DNA of 64,000 bases from Bacteroidota bacterium (GCA_021811615.1 JAJZNW010000032.1:14291-78290); one strand, 5' to 3'. Positions 9,789-20,164 are shown, counted from the first letter of the stretch. Translations and numbers: made by a program. The notes: generated by a model from the letters alone, not told the origin.

Positions 9789-12194
9789 TCAATTTCTCAA
9801 CGGCTTGTTATTCTTCAACATGTATTGCATCCTCTCCTGCGTTTTCTTTTCACCACAGAGGCTCAGGAAGGCGTCCCGCTCAAGATCAAGGAAGTACTGC
9901 TCATCCACTTCCTGGGCCGAAGTCAAATCGCCGCCGCTCAGAACGTAGGCGAGTTTCTTCCCCAGATGGTATTCATATTCGGTTATCTGTCCGGCTTCTT
10001 TCCAGAGATATAATCCGAGAGTCAAAGCCGAGAGGACGGGCTGGCCGAGAGCCATAATCTTACGGCGCTCGGGGGGACGGTAACCTTCGCTCACCATTGC
10101 AAGGGCAGTTGTCTTGGCATCATGAACCAGGAACTTCCCGTTCATCGAGATGCCGTCTGTCTTTCTGAAGTAGCCGAGCGATTTTGCCTCTTCCGCGCTC
10201 GTCGCCACTTTCGCCGTGCCGATCGTCTCCAAAACCTCCCTGACAAAAGGCATGAGGTCGACATCCGCGGCGCCCGGTGCGCGCGCAAGACTTCTCATCA
10301 ACATCTCCTTCGTGCCGCCGCCCGCGGGAATCAACCCCACGCCCATTTCGACAAGTCCGATATAGGTCTCGGCGGAGGCTCTGACTTTCGGTGCATGCAA
10401 CGCCATCTCGCATCCACCTCCGAGGGTCATGTTGAACGGAGCGACGACGACCGGCTTAGGTGCATATTTTATTCGCATGTCGATTCCCTGGAACAGTCTA
10501 ACGGCCTTATCGATGTCGTCGAACTCCCCTTCCTGTGCAAGCATGAGAATGAGCATCAGGTTGGCGCCGGCCGAGAAATATTTTCCCTGGTTGGCGATAA
10601 CGAGAGCATCGAAATCGGTCTCAAGTTGCTTCAGCCCGAACTCCGTCATCTGCAAGACATCCTCGCCGATCACATTTGCTTTCGAGTGGAATTCCACACA
10701 TGCCACGGCATTCCCAAGGTCGATAAGCGAAGCTCCGGAGTTTGATTTTATCACCTTGCCTTTTTTCGACTCCAGTCCAAGGCTGATAAGTTTCTTAGGT
10801 ATTGGGATTTCCCTGTAGCGTGACGAGGTGAAGTCGTAATAGAGCCGGAAGCCGTTTTCTTCCTTATAAAAGCTTTCAGCACCGGAGGCCAGCATATCGA
10901 GGATTTTCCCCGGGACCTGTCTCCCCTCGGCTTTCATTCTCTCCACCGATCCAGGGACTCCGATCGCGTCCCAAGTTTCGAACGGGCCGAGTTCCCATCC
11001 GAATCCCCACTTCATCGCGTTATCGATACTCATGATGTCGTCAGCAATTTCATGGATCCTGTTAGCACTATAGATAAGTACCGCGGCCGTGGAATCCCAG
11101 AAGAAGTCTCCCGCCCGGTCTTTTGCGTAAGCGAGATTGCGCACGCGTTCGGACACATCGTCGAAGTTTCTTCCCAATTCTATCGATGCGAAGGACGCTT
11201 TCTTCCTCGCTCTGTGATCCATGCTCCCATAATCGAGAGTAAGAATCTCAGACTCACCTTTTTCGTTCTTTATCCGCCTGTAGAAGCCGCTCTTCGTTTT
11301 CTCTCCGAGCCAGTTCTTCTTCTGCATTTCCATGATAAAGCCCGGGACTTTAAAGAAGTCCCTGAGTTCGTCGTCCGGGGCGGCTTCATAGAGATTGTCG
11401 GCCACATGTATCAGGGTATCCAGCCCAACGATGTCGCCGGTACGGAACGTTGCACTCTTGGGTCTCCCGGAGGCGGGCCCGGTGATTGCATCCACCTCCT
11501 CTATAGTGTAATCGCGTTCGACCATCTTGTGGATGACATACATCATCGCGGCCACACCGATGCGGTTGGCGATGAAGTTCGGCGTATCTTTGCAGAGAAC
11601 CGTTCCCTTACCGAGAGTCTCACCTGCAAACTCACGCATGAACGAGACGACTTCGGGGAGAGTGTCTGCCGTGGGAATCAACTCAAGCAAATAGAGGTAG
11701 CGGGGCGGGTTGAAGAAATGCGTTCCAAGGAAATGTCTCCGGAAATCATCGGATAGCCCGGCGGAAATTTGTGAGATCGGAATGCCGCTGGTATTGGAAC
11801 TGACGATCGTCCCCGGTGTCCTCAGCGAATCGACCTTCTTCATTAATTCCCGCTTGGGCGCGAGGCTCTCGACTATTACCTCGATGACCCAGTCCGCTTC
11901 CGCCACCTTGTCGAGGTCATCTTCAAAATTTCCCGGGGTTATCAGCGAGATATTCTCTTTTGTGAAGAACGGGGCGGGCTTGAATCCAAGTGCCCTTTTC
12001 AAGCCGGCGGCCGCGAACCGATTCCTGACCGCCTTGTCACGTACCGTAAGCCCGGCTTTCCTTTCCTCTTCGTTCGTTTCGCCCGGCACGATATCGAGCA
12101 AATACGAACTGATTCCGGCATTTGCCAGATGGGCTGCGATTTGCGTCCCCATTACCCCTGCTCCCAAAACTGCGACCTTCCTGATTTGTCTCAT
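9789..12194 (-). CDS. fused 3-hydroxyacyl-CoA dehydrogenase / enoyl-CoA hydratase (FadN-like domain order)
   Basis: N-terminal Rossmann motif KVAVLGAGVMGTQIA (HADH) and a C-terminal crotonase-like half. I prefer ATG 12194 (AGGAAA upstream) over the track start at 12221, but either is possible. Confidence 0.85.
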   Translation of the reverse strand: MRQIRKVAVLGAGVMGTQIAAHLANAGISSYLLDIVPGETNEEERKAGLTVRDKAVRNRFAAAGLKRALGFKPAPFFTKENISLITPGNFEDDLDKVAEADWVIEVIVESLAPKRELMKKVDSLRTPGTIVSSNTSGIPISQISAGLSDDFRRHFLGTHFFNPPRYLYLLELIPTADTLPEVVSFMREFAGETLGKGTVLCKDTPNFIANRIGVAAMMYVIHKMVERDYTIEEVDAITGPASGRPKSATFRTGDIVGLDTLIHVADNLYEAAPDDELRDFFKVPGFIMEMQKKNWLGEKTKSGFYRRIKNEKGESEILTLDYGSMDHRARKKASFASIELGRNFDDVSERVRNLAYAKDRAGDFFWDSTAAVLIYSANRIHEIADDIMSIDNAMKWGFGWELGPFETWDAIGVPGSVERMKAEGRQVPGKILDMLASGAESFYKEENGFRLYYDFTSSRYREIPIPKKLISLGLESKKGKVIKSNSGASLIDLGNAVACVEFHSKANVIGEDVLQMTEFGLKQLETDFDALVIANQGKYFSAGANLMLILMLAQEGEFDDIDKAVRLFQGIDMRIKYAPKPVVVAPFNMTLGGGCEMALHAPKVRASAETYIGLVEMGVGLIPAGGGTKEMLMRSLARAPGAADVDLMPFVREVLETIGTAKVATSAEEAKSLGYFRKTDGISMNGKFLVHDAKTTALAMVSEGYRPPERRKIMALGQPVLSALTLGLYLWKEAGQITEYEYHLGKKLAYVLSGGDLTSAQEVDEQYFLDLERDAFLSLCGEKKTQERMQYMLKNNKPLRN

Positions 12195-12247
12195 CTTATT
12201 TTCCTGAAGTTGATTTATCATATCGGCCGAAAGAGGTTACCGGCATA

Positions 12248-12265
12248 AAAGAGCGCCGGCTCTTT
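12248..12265 (-). terminator. hairpin downstream of fadD (7-bp stem AAAGAGC/GCTCTTT, 4-nt loop)
   Basis: Perfect 7-bp inverted repeat at 12248..12254 / 12259..12265, lying between the fadD stop (12381) and the fadN-like start. The stem is T-rich on its 3-prime side but there is no long U-tract. Confidence 0.35.
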
Positions 12266-12380
12266 CAGCTGGAATTCGACGCCCGCCTGTTGCCCGCAAC
12301 TTCGGCCGATTGCCGCCGACGGCCTATTCACAATTACCCGCCGCCCGGGTAATCAGGCGACCGGATCACAGCGGATATTC

Positions 12381-14159
12381 CTATTTTTCTTCGTAAAATT
12401 TCTCGATCAATTCTTTGTACCGGTTCTCGACGTTGCGTCTTTTCATCTTGAGAGTCGGGGTCAGAAAATCGTCCTCCACCGTAAGTTCATCTTCCACTAT
12501 CGCATATTTCTTCACCGTCTCCCAATGTGAAAGTCCGCTGTTGACATCCTGGACGATCCTGTCGTACAGCGCGAGCACCTTCGGATCATTGATCAGTTCG
12601 GACAACGAGGAATAGACGATACCGTTCTTTTCCGCGAAGCTTCTGAGAGCGACCATTTCCGGAAAGATCAGAGCGGACGCGAACTTCCGCCGGTCTCCAA
12701 TGACGATGGCCTTGTCGACGTAAATGCTGTGCGACAGGAGGGCTTCGATTTCCTGCGGCGCAATGAACTTGCCGCCGCTTGTCTTCAACAGGTCCTTCTT
12801 CCTATCTGTCACGTAAAGGAACCCGTCTTTATCCAGGTAACCTATGTCACCCGTCCTGAACCACGTTGCGTTATAGGATGCAGACGTCGCGGAATCGTCC
12901 CGATAATACCCCATCATCACGTTCGGTCCATCGACGAGTATCTCGCCGTCTCCCGATATTTTGACCGCAACGTTAGGAATTGGAGGGCCGACAGAGCCGA
13001 TCCTGTTTCTTTCGAGTCTGTTGACGGAGATAACAGGCGAAGTCTCGGTGAGCCCGTATCCCTGCAGTACGGTAAGGCCGGCGGCACAGAAAATTCTCGC
13101 GAGGTCCGGTCTGAGGGCCGCCCCACCGCTGATGATATATCTGATCCTTCCGCCGAAGGCGTGCCTGAGATCTTTGTACACAAGGATGCTGGCAAACGTC
13201 CGCTTGATCCTGTAACCCGCGGACATTTTCCTGTCGGCCTCAAACTGCAGCGCGAGATCGATGGCCCACTTAAATACAAACCTCTTGTACCATGGCAGCT
13301 TCTCAACAACGTGCTGCGCCTTCTCGAAGGCCTTCTCGAGCATGCGTGGGACGGTGGTCATCGAATGCGGGCGTACTTCCAACAGGTTCTGCGGTAAAGC
13401 TTCGATCGATTCTGCAAAGTAGATGCACTCCCCGACATAGACGTAGAGGTAAAGCATCATCCGCTCGAAAACATGAGACGGGGGAAGATAGCTTAATACG
13501 ACATCTTCAGTCGGATGAAAAGTGAAGAGAGAAGCACAATCTATAACATTGGACAGCAGATTGCGGTGAGAGAGCATCACGCCTTTCGGTTCGCCGGTGG
13601 TCCCACTTGTGTATATCACTGTCGCGATGTCGTCTTCTTTCACCTTCTTCGCAAGATCGGCGAAAGCCCCTGGATTTTCGGATACAAACTTTCTTCCCCG
13701 TTCGATAAGTTCATCCCAGGTAAGCGTGCCGTCGGAATAACGCCCCTCAGTCATGCAAACGATAAATTTGCATGACGAGCCTGCAATAGTTTCTTTCGCT
13801 CTTTCGTATAGCCGCCTGCTCCCGACGAAAATGCCCTTCGCTTCAGAGTTCTTAAGGATAAAATCCACCTGAGGAAGCGCCTGTGTAACATATATCGGGA
13901 TGTCGGCGGCACCCGCAAGAAGCACGGCAAAGTCGGCCATGGTCCAGTAAGCCGAACTGTCCGCATATAGTGCAATCCTATCGCCGGATTCGATACCAAG
14001 GGAATTAAGACCGAGGGCCAAGTACCCGGCCGTCTCATATACGCGGTCGGATGAAAAGGCTTTCCATTGACCCCCAACCTTCGAATTGAGCATCCGAGTG
14101 TTACGGAAAGACTCAACTGAGATCTGCAGCAACTCACACAGTGTTCGTGGCGCGTTCAT
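12381..14159 (-). CDS. fadD: long-chain fatty acid-CoA ligase (AMP-binding family)
   Basis: 592 aa with the AMP-binding motif YTSGTTGEPKGV and the later TGDIG...DRKKDLLKTSGGKFIAPQEIE motif. Confidence 0.85.
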   Translation of the reverse strand: MNAPRTLCELLQISVESFRNTRMLNSKVGGQWKAFSSDRVYETAGYLALGLNSLGIESGDRIALYADSSAYWTMADFAVLLAGAADIPIYVTQALPQVDFILKNSEAKGIFVGSRRLYERAKETIAGSSCKFIVCMTEGRYSDGTLTWDELIERGRKFVSENPGAFADLAKKVKEDDIATVIYTSGTTGEPKGVMLSHRNLLSNVIDCASLFTFHPTEDVVLSYLPPSHVFERMMLYLYVYVGECIYFAESIEALPQNLLEVRPHSMTTVPRMLEKAFEKAQHVVEKLPWYKRFVFKWAIDLALQFEADRKMSAGYRIKRTFASILVYKDLRHAFGGRIRYIISGGAALRPDLARIFCAAGLTVLQGYGLTETSPVISVNRLERNRIGSVGPPIPNVAVKISGDGEILVDGPNVMMGYYRDDSATSASYNATWFRTGDIGYLDKDGFLYVTDRKKDLLKTSGGKFIAPQEIEALLSHSIYVDKAIVIGDRRKFASALIFPEMVALRSFAEKNGIVYSSLSELINDPKVLALYDRIVQDVNSGLSHWETVKKYAIVEDELTVEDDFLTPTLKMKRRNVENRYKELIEKFYEEK

Positions 14160-14198
14160 GCGACCCCCGATTTCTGGTTGTGCGATAAACTACGCCCA

Positions 14199-14227
14199 AG
14201 TTTAAGCCAGCAACTTTGCAATTGCAA
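14199..14227 (-). promoter_or_regulatory. promoter-like element for fadD (TTGCAA-N17-TAAACT) overlapped by the perfect palindrome TTGCAATTGCAA
   Basis: On the minus strand, TTGCAA lies at 14227..14222 and TAAACT at 14204..14199 with a 17-nt spacer. The 12-bp perfect palindrome 14216..14227 covers the -35 hexamer and the first 6 spacer nt. Confidence 0.35.
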
Positions 14228-14456
14228 TAGCCGCCGCCGTCCAGATTTAGCCGATCAGTTACCGGGCGATCGACTTCACGGCATTCATTAGAATGGACGC
14301 CTGACAATTGAGCGAAACCGCAAAGCCGTTTTGTTCACGACCGCCGATCGTTTGAACGAATGGCGCGCACACGCTGACGGAGCGGTTAGGTCCAGAGTTA
14401 CGACGGTAAGCCGGCCGGCAGTCTAGTACTGATTCGGTGAAGGTATGAGAAATCAG

Positions 14457-14486
14457 TTGCTTGCTCTCCATGGAACGAGCTAAATT
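14457..14486 (+). promoter_or_regulatory. promoter-like element for the pseudouridine synthase/NUDIX pair (TTGCTT-N18-TAAATT)
   Basis: TTGCTT at 14457..14462 and TAAATT at 14481..14486, 12 nt before ATG 14499. Confidence 0.3.
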
Positions 14487-14498
14487 GAGACACGCTCA

Positions 14499-15212
14499 AT
14501 GAAAGCTGAAAACGTATCTCTGAGCCGCGCGCTCTCGAAGCTTGGATACTGTTCACGCGCAAGATCCGCATTCCACATAAAAAGCGGAAAAGTGAGAGTG
14601 AACGGGAAGGCAATAACTGATCCTTCGCTGATGGTAGACATTGAAAGAGACTCGATCACAGTCGATGAAGTCCGTCTTGCCAGACCGAAGACCGTGGTTG
14701 TCATGCTCAACAAGCCTAAAGGCTACGTAACCACCTCCAGCGACGAGCTCTCGCGGAAGACCGTATACGAGCTGATCCCGGACGGGCTTCATCTTTTCGC
14801 GGTGGGAAGACTGGATATGGATACAAGCGGCCTGCTTCTGTTCACAAACGACGGAAATATCCAGGACAGGATCACCTCGCCTGAAAGGAAAGTGAGCAAG
14901 ACCTATCTCGCGACTGTAAGCGGGAAAGTTGCGGCGGACAAACTCGAAAAGTTCCATAAGGGGGTCGATATCGGTACCGGGACTATCGTAAAGGCAGACG
15001 AATGCAGGGTAGTCTCGACCGGAATCTCCAGCACGAGCATCGAGCTGAAAATTCATGAAGGGAAGAACAGGCAAGTGCGAAGAATGTTCGAAGCGATCGG
15101 GAAGAGGGTTATAAGTCTTCACAGGTCGGCGATAGGCGCACTTGAGCTCGACGTTCCGGAAGGGACATGGAGAAAACTATCCGACAACGAAATAGAGATG
15201 ATATTAAGATAA
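14499..15212 (+). CDS. RsuA/RluB-family rRNA pseudouridine synthase with S4 domain
   Basis: N-terminal S4-like segment (LSRALSKLGYCSRARSAFHIKSGKVRVNG) and the catalytic motif AVGRLDMDTSGLLLFTNDG. Confidence 0.85.
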   Translation: MKAENVSLSRALSKLGYCSRARSAFHIKSGKVRVNGKAITDPSLMVDIERDSITVDEVRLARPKTVVVMLNKPKGYVTTSSDELSRKTVYELIPDGLHLFAVGRLDMDTSGLLLFTNDGNIQDRITSPERKVSKTYLATVSGKVAADKLEKFHKGVDIGTGTIVKADECRVVSTGISSTSIELKIHEGKNRQVRRMFEAIGKRVISLHRSAIGALELDVPEGTWRKLSDNEIEMILR

Positions 15213-15685
15213 TGCCGAAGATAAATTCCGATATAGTGGAGGTGGTCCTCTTTCGCCGGAAGAACGAACCGGAGTTTCTGATTTTGCAGAGGTCGGACGA
15301 TGAGACAATTTATCCGGGACTGTGGCAAATCGTGAGCGGTGGGATCGAGCCTGGCGAGAAAGCTTACGAGGCGGCGCTGCGCGAAGTGCGGGAGGAAACA
15401 GGCTTCAGTCCGCTCGGTTTATACAACACACCCCTGACCAACACCTTCTACTTCTTCACGAACGATTCGGTGAATCTCAGCCCCGTTTTCGCAGCGGAGG
15501 TGGATCCGAACGAGGATGTCCGCCTGTCGGAGGAACACAAGGACTTCAGATGGCTCACCATGGAAGATGCGATTTCTCTTCTCGTATGGCCAGGCCAGAA
15601 AAACGCCGTCCGCATCATCGACGAATATATTGTGCGGAGAAATCCGTCCGAGGGATTCATGAAAATTCCTCTCGACCACCTGTGA
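15212..15685 (+). CDS. NUDIX hydrolase
   Basis: Nudix box GGIEPGEKAYEAALREVREETG. Track ORF 15167..15685 was trimmed to ATG 15212, which overlaps the upstream stop by 1 nt (TAATG). Confidence 0.8.
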   Translation: MPKINSDIVEVVLFRRKNEPEFLILQRSDDETIYPGLWQIVSGGIEPGEKAYEAALREVREETGFSPLGLYNTPLTNTFYFFTNDSVNLSPVFAAEVDPNEDVRLSEEHKDFRWLTMEDAISLLVWPGQKNAVRIIDEYIVRRNPSEGFMKIPLDHL

Positions 15686-15740
15686 AAATGTTCAGGAGAA
15701 ACCTGGAACTCGCGCACAAGAAATCAAACCCGGAACCGGG

Positions 15741-16511
15741 TCAGTCCTTCCCTTTGCTCTTTTCCCAGAGCTCATTCATCTGATCCAGTGTAGCATCGTG
15801 GAGCGAGACGTTCTGTTTGTCGAGTTCGTCCTCGATATACAAGAACCGCTTCTGAAATTTCTCGGTAGCCATCCGCAGTGAACTCTCAGGATTGACACCG
15901 ATATGCCGGGCATAATTCACGAGTGAAAAGAGTAAGTCTCCGAATTCCTCCTCTCTTCGATCCTCGGTTCCTCCGACGGCGACTTCCTTCAGCTCGCCAA
16001 GTTCCTCCTCGACTTTCACCCACACTTCTTCCGCATTTCCCCAGTCGAAGCCCACTCTAGCGGCCCTATCCTGGATCTTGTAGGCGCGCGCGAGAGCAGG
16101 AAACGCAACAGGAATTCCGTCGAAGATCGACTCCCTCCCCGCTTCGGTCTTGATACGCTCCCAGTTCACCTTTACCTGGTCGGGAGTCTTTGCGTCGACG
16201 CTGCCGAACACGTGAGGATGCCTTTCGATCATCTTCTTAGTCTCGGCTTCAATCATCTCGACGAGCGAGAACTTTCCTTCGTCTTCCGCGATCTGCGCGT
16301 GAAGGAGCACGTTTAGAAGGATGTCTCCGAGTTCTCCTTTTACGTCGTCCCATTTTTCCTGGTCGATCGCTTCGGCGAGTTCGTAGACTTCCTCGATCGT
16401 GTAATGCCGGATCGAGCGGTTCGTCTGGATCTTATCCCATGGGCATTCCCTTCTCAACCTCCGGACGATATTTACAAATTCCTGCAGCGCGTTCTCTTCT
16501 ATTTGTGTCAT
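15741..16511 (-). CDS. mazG: MazG nucleoside triphosphate pyrophosphohydrolase
   Basis: 256 aa. Tandem MazG domains with RRECPWDKIQT, EEVYELAEAI and EEFGDLLFSLVNYARH motifs. Confidence 0.85.
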   Translation of the reverse strand: MTQIEENALQEFVNIVRRLRRECPWDKIQTNRSIRHYTIEEVYELAEAIDQEKWDDVKGELGDILLNVLLHAQIAEDEGKFSLVEMIEAETKKMIERHPHVFGSVDAKTPDQVKVNWERIKTEAGRESIFDGIPVAFPALARAYKIQDRAARVGFDWGNAEEVWVKVEEELGELKEVAVGGTEDRREEEFGDLLFSLVNYARHIGVNPESSLRMATEKFQKRFLYIEDELDKQNVSLHDATLDQMNELWEKSKGKD

Positions 16512-17545
16512 CGGTCGACTCTTTTCTTCTTTAGAATTTGTTCAACATTCTCATAGACATCCTCGGGCCTTATCAGCTTCATGCACCGAAGGTGGTCGTC
16601 TCCTTTAAGGTCGCAAAAGTCCTTGTGGCAGCAATCGATCTCTCTCTTGAGCGCGACGTGGCCAAGCCCTCTGTCGTAAGGGAACCAGATGTCAGGTTCG
16701 CCCGGTCCGAAAATACCGACGGTCGGTGTCCCGACAGCGGCGGAGATATGCATCGGTGCAGCATCGTTGGAGACATAAACGTCGCAGCATGAGATAGTCG
16801 CGGCAAGCTTGCGAAGATTGCCTGGCGGAATATCTATGAACCTGTGCCTCACGGCCGAGGAAAATTCGTCGAGGTACTTTCTGTCCCTTGGACCGTGAGT
16901 CACTACTACATTGGCCCCCACCCATTCGGACACAAGATCCGCAAGCCGCGCGAAATTAAGCGCGGGCCACACTTTCGCAGGCCATGTTGCGCCGATATGG
17001 AGTCCAACTGTGGGCTTCCCCTTTTCCAGCCCGAGTGCCTCAAGTCCTTCTCTTGCTTCTGTTATCTCTGAAGTATCGAGATAGATGCACGGACGTCTGA
17101 AGGATTCGTTCACGCCCAGGGGAGTCAGGTACCTTAGATGGAAGGCCACCGCCGTCATCCTCTCTCGAATCTTCATCGGATGCGTGTAAGTCTTCCCTCT
17201 CCAGCCGAAGTCGCCGCCTATTCTCATCGGCGAACCCGACAGGAGAAATACGAGCGCGCTCCGCGGGTTACCGAACAGATCGATAGCGACATCATACTTC
17301 TCCTTGCGCAGCAGCCGGGAAATCCTGAGCTGTTCCATGACGGATGGCGCACTGAAGTCGTATTGAATGATGCGTTTCAGGGCCGGATTCCTTTCGAGAA
17401 GAGTCACGCCTTCCTTATCTCCCAGGTAATGGATTTCGGAGTCGGGGAATTTTTCCCGGAGGATTTCAACGACGGGCGTTGTCAGAATTATGTCGCCTAT
17501 GAACTTCAGGCGGCTTACGAGGATCTTCAATACGGTGTCCGCCAT
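16508..17545 (-). CDS. glycosyltransferase family 9 (LPS heptosyltransferase-like)
   Basis: The N-terminus KILVSRLKFIGDIILTTPVVEILREKFP and the C-terminal YVSNDAAPMHISAAVGTPTVGIFGP are typical of GT9 heptosyltransferases. 4-nt overlap with mazG. Confidence 0.8.
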   Translation of the reverse strand: MADTVLKILVSRLKFIGDIILTTPVVEILREKFPDSEIHYLGDKEGVTLLERNPALKRIIQYDFSAPSVMEQLRISRLLRKEKYDVAIDLFGNPRSALVFLLSGSPMRIGGDFGWRGKTYTHPMKIRERMTAVAFHLRYLTPLGVNESFRRPCIYLDTSEITEAREGLEALGLEKGKPTVGLHIGATWPAKVWPALNFARLADLVSEWVGANVVVTHGPRDRKYLDEFSSAVRHRFIDIPPGNLRKLAATISCCDVYVSNDAAPMHISAAVGTPTVGIFGPGEPDIWFPYDRGLGHVALKREIDCCHKDFCDLKGDDHLRCMKLIRPEDVYENVEQILKKKRVDR

Positions 17546-18942
17546 CTGCTTACATAATAACTCCAGAAGTCCAGGTTGGAGTAAATATTTTCCACTCCAT
17601 AATACCTGTCTTCCGGATTGTCCGTATCTCTTGTAAGCCTGAAGTCGACGACGACCCGGTCGTTAGTGGAAGAACGGATGTACATCCACCGCTCGCTGAA
17701 TGCTCCGCGGCACTCGACGAAATCAGGTGGACCACAAATCACGTAGAACATTCCCATCGGAGTCCGCCAGCCATCTATACATGTCGAGAAAAATCTATTC
17801 GCTTCGGCCACACGCTTGTAGTAGTCGCTCATCTTGGCGCGGCCCCCGCCTTCCGACCAAAACCTGAGGAGGTTCACTTTGATATCGGAGTCACTTTTAG
17901 CTGAGGTGATCTTCCCAAGTTCTCCCGGCGAAGCGATATACCTCAGCGAGTTCACCAACTGCGGGAGATCGTCCGATATGTCGGGGAAGTACTTTCCTCT
18001 CACACGAAAAGGCAGAAGACTCGCAGCCGTGATGCCGATCGTTTCATGGGTCGACACCTTCAGGATGTAATTACCCGCCTCGGGCCTGGGAATCCCTCCG
18101 AAGATGTATGTATATCCTCTTTCGACCGCGACGGGTATCTGAAAGCTGTAAACATGGAGCGTGTCGACCCCGAGCCGGCACGGGTCGTAACCCGCGGAAG
18201 ACGAAGAGAAGTATGATCCGCCAAATCCGGACGGCAGGCGTTCGTGGCTCTCCAGTTTGAAGACATCGAAGAAGACAGAGTCACTCGAGCTATTTTCAGA
18301 ATACAATACCGTGAAGAACTTCAAAGTATCCGAGAGGAGACCTGCATTCTTAAGAATAAACGGCGTAATCCTCCTCCCATTTCCGACGGTATCGAAACGG
18401 CCCAGCAGCAGTATGTCACTCAAATACGCCCGCCTTCCTGAAAGATCCGGAATTTCCTTTCGGTATTTCCGGGTCGCCTTCTCGCCGCTGACTTCGTCAG
18501 TGACGACAATCTCAGAGGTGTACTCGCCCGGCCTTACCCTGAAGGAAACAAGCGACGCATCGTAAGAGCTGTCGGAGGACGAAGGATAAGCTTTTCTCCA
18601 CACGACCCTCTGTATTTCTTTGGTTTGGAACGGTCGACCGTCACGGAGCAGCCGCACGTCCAGGGTATAGCGGGCGCGGAACGATTCACCGGCCTTCTCA
18701 AATTTCAACCTGGCTTGCTTGAGACTCACATAGACGTCGAGCCGCTGACCGGAAGAATCCGGCGTATGAAACAAGGCGGCGTCAAATTCAGGAAGACCTG
18801 CTCTCGTGGTTACATAATAATAGAAGCATGTCGGGGAGTACGAAGCGGTTTCGCTGCTCGACCCGCAGCTCTCAAAAGTAAGAATTGCCGCGACCGCAAA
18901 GCTAAAACTCGTCGCTTTGAACGCGTTCGATGTCTGCACCAA
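17527..18942 (-). CDS. GWxTD domain-containing protein (function unknown)
   Basis: The C-terminal region FFSTCIDGWRTPMGMFYVICGPPDFVE carries the GWxTD-type motif. The track ATG at 19035 would overlap murA by 134 nt. I prefer TTG 18942 or GTG 18939 (both checked), which precede a hydrophobic signal-like segment FSFAVAAILTFESC. The start remains uncertain. Confidence 0.65.
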   Translation of the reverse strand: MVQTSNAFKATSFSFAVAAILTFESCGSSSETASYSPTCFYYYVTTRAGLPEFDAALFHTPDSSGQRLDVYVSLKQARLKFEKAGESFRARYTLDVRLLRDGRPFQTKEIQRVVWRKAYPSSSDSSYDASLVSFRVRPGEYTSEIVVTDEVSGEKATRKYRKEIPDLSGRRAYLSDILLLGRFDTVGNGRRITPFILKNAGLLSDTLKFFTVLYSENSSSDSVFFDVFKLESHERLPSGFGGSYFSSSSAGYDPCRLGVDTLHVYSFQIPVAVERGYTYIFGGIPRPEAGNYILKVSTHETIGITAASLLPFRVRGKYFPDISDDLPQLVNSLRYIASPGELGKITSAKSDSDIKVNLLRFWSEGGGRAKMSDYYKRVAEANRFFSTCIDGWRTPMGMFYVICGPPDFVECRGAFSERWMYIRSSTNDRVVVDFRLTRDTDNPEDRYYGVENIYSNLDFWSYYVSRWRTPY

Positions 18943-20164
18943 GCCCTCTGAGTTTCTTTTCGATATGCTCGTAACCTCTGTCCATGTGATAGACGCGCAG
19001 GACTTCCGTAGTCCCTTCGGCGACCAATCCGGCAAGTATCAGCGAGGCGCTCGCTCTCAGGTCGGTGGACATTACCTTGGCTCCTTTCAGCGATGCGACC
19101 CCCTTCACGACGGCGACGTTCTCCTTGATCTCGATGTCCGCGCCGAGCCTGACCAGCTCGGGCACATGCTTGAACCTGTCGAAGTAGATGGTGTCCGTAA
19201 CGACAGCGGATCCCGTCGAGCGGGACATCATCGCAATCCATTGAGCCTGCATGTCGGTTGGGAAGCCTGGATAAGGAGACGTGGATACATCCACGGGATT
19301 CACATGATCGGGAGCCTCTATCCGGACAGAGCCGGACGACACGTCAAGCCTTGCGCCGGTTTCCTCAAGTTTCGAAAGCAGAGCGGAGAGATGCCTCGGA
19401 TCGCACCTGTCGACCGTAACGGTTCCTCCTGCCATGGCGCCCGCCACGAGAAAGGTACCAGCTTCAATCCGGTCGGGTATGTTCACAAAATCGACCGGGT
19501 GAAGATCGGCGACACCCTCGATGGTGACGGTGGAGGTACCAAGACCTTCGATGTGAGCTCCCATTTTTATCAACATTTCACCGAGTGCTATGATCTCAGG
19601 TTCGAGCGCTGCATTGCCGATCACGGTGGTTCCTTCGGCCAGTACGGCAGCCATCATTACATTACCCGTTGCGCCGACGCTCGATATGTCGAAATTCACA
19701 CGAGCTCCTTTGAGCTTCTTTGCCTTCGCGATAATGTAACCCGAATCCAGCGACACTTCGGCACCGAGTTTTTCCATCCCTTCTAAATGGAGGTTAACCG
19801 GACGAGGCCCCCATGCGCAGCCGCCCGGCATCGAAACCTTTGCGTAGCCGTATCTCGAGAGAAGAGGACCCAGCACATAAATGGACGCGCGCATTTTCTT
19901 GACGAGTTCGTAGGGCGCTTCGAAATTCGAGACATGAACGGTGTCGATAGTCTGAAGTCTTCCCGAAAGGGAGATACCGGCTCCGAGCGTCTCCATGAGC
20001 CTTGACATCGTGGAGACATCCATAAGATCCGGAGTGTTGTCGATTTTGAAAACGCCGGGCGCTAGTAAAGCCGCCGGCATAAGTGCGAGCGAAGCGTTCT
20101 TGGCACCGCTGACGTCAACCTTCCCTGAGAGTTTCTTGCCGCCATTTATCAGGAACTTGTACAT
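18902..20164 (-). CDS. murA: UDP-N-acetylglucosamine 1-carboxyvinyltransferase
   Basis: Typical MurA sequence (KFLINGGKKLSGKVDVSGAKNASL...). The track start 20173 is TTG. ATG 20164 (MYKFLING) gives the canonical N-terminus. Confidence 0.9.
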   Translation of the reverse strand: MYKFLINGGKKLSGKVDVSGAKNASLALMPAALLAPGVFKIDNTPDLMDVSTMSRLMETLGAGISLSGRLQTIDTVHVSNFEAPYELVKKMRASIYVLGPLLSRYGYAKVSMPGGCAWGPRPVNLHLEGMEKLGAEVSLDSGYIIAKAKKLKGARVNFDISSVGATGNVMMAAVLAEGTTVIGNAALEPEIIALGEMLIKMGAHIEGLGTSTVTIEGVADLHPVDFVNIPDRIEAGTFLVAGAMAGGTVTVDRCDPRHLSALLSKLEETGARLDVSSGSVRIEAPDHVNPVDVSTSPYPGFPTDMQAQWIAMMSRSTGSAVVTDTIYFDRFKHVPELVRLGADIEIKENVAVVKGVASLKGAKVMSTDLRASASLILAGLVAEGTTEVLRVYHMDRGYEHIEKKLRGLGADIERVQSDEF

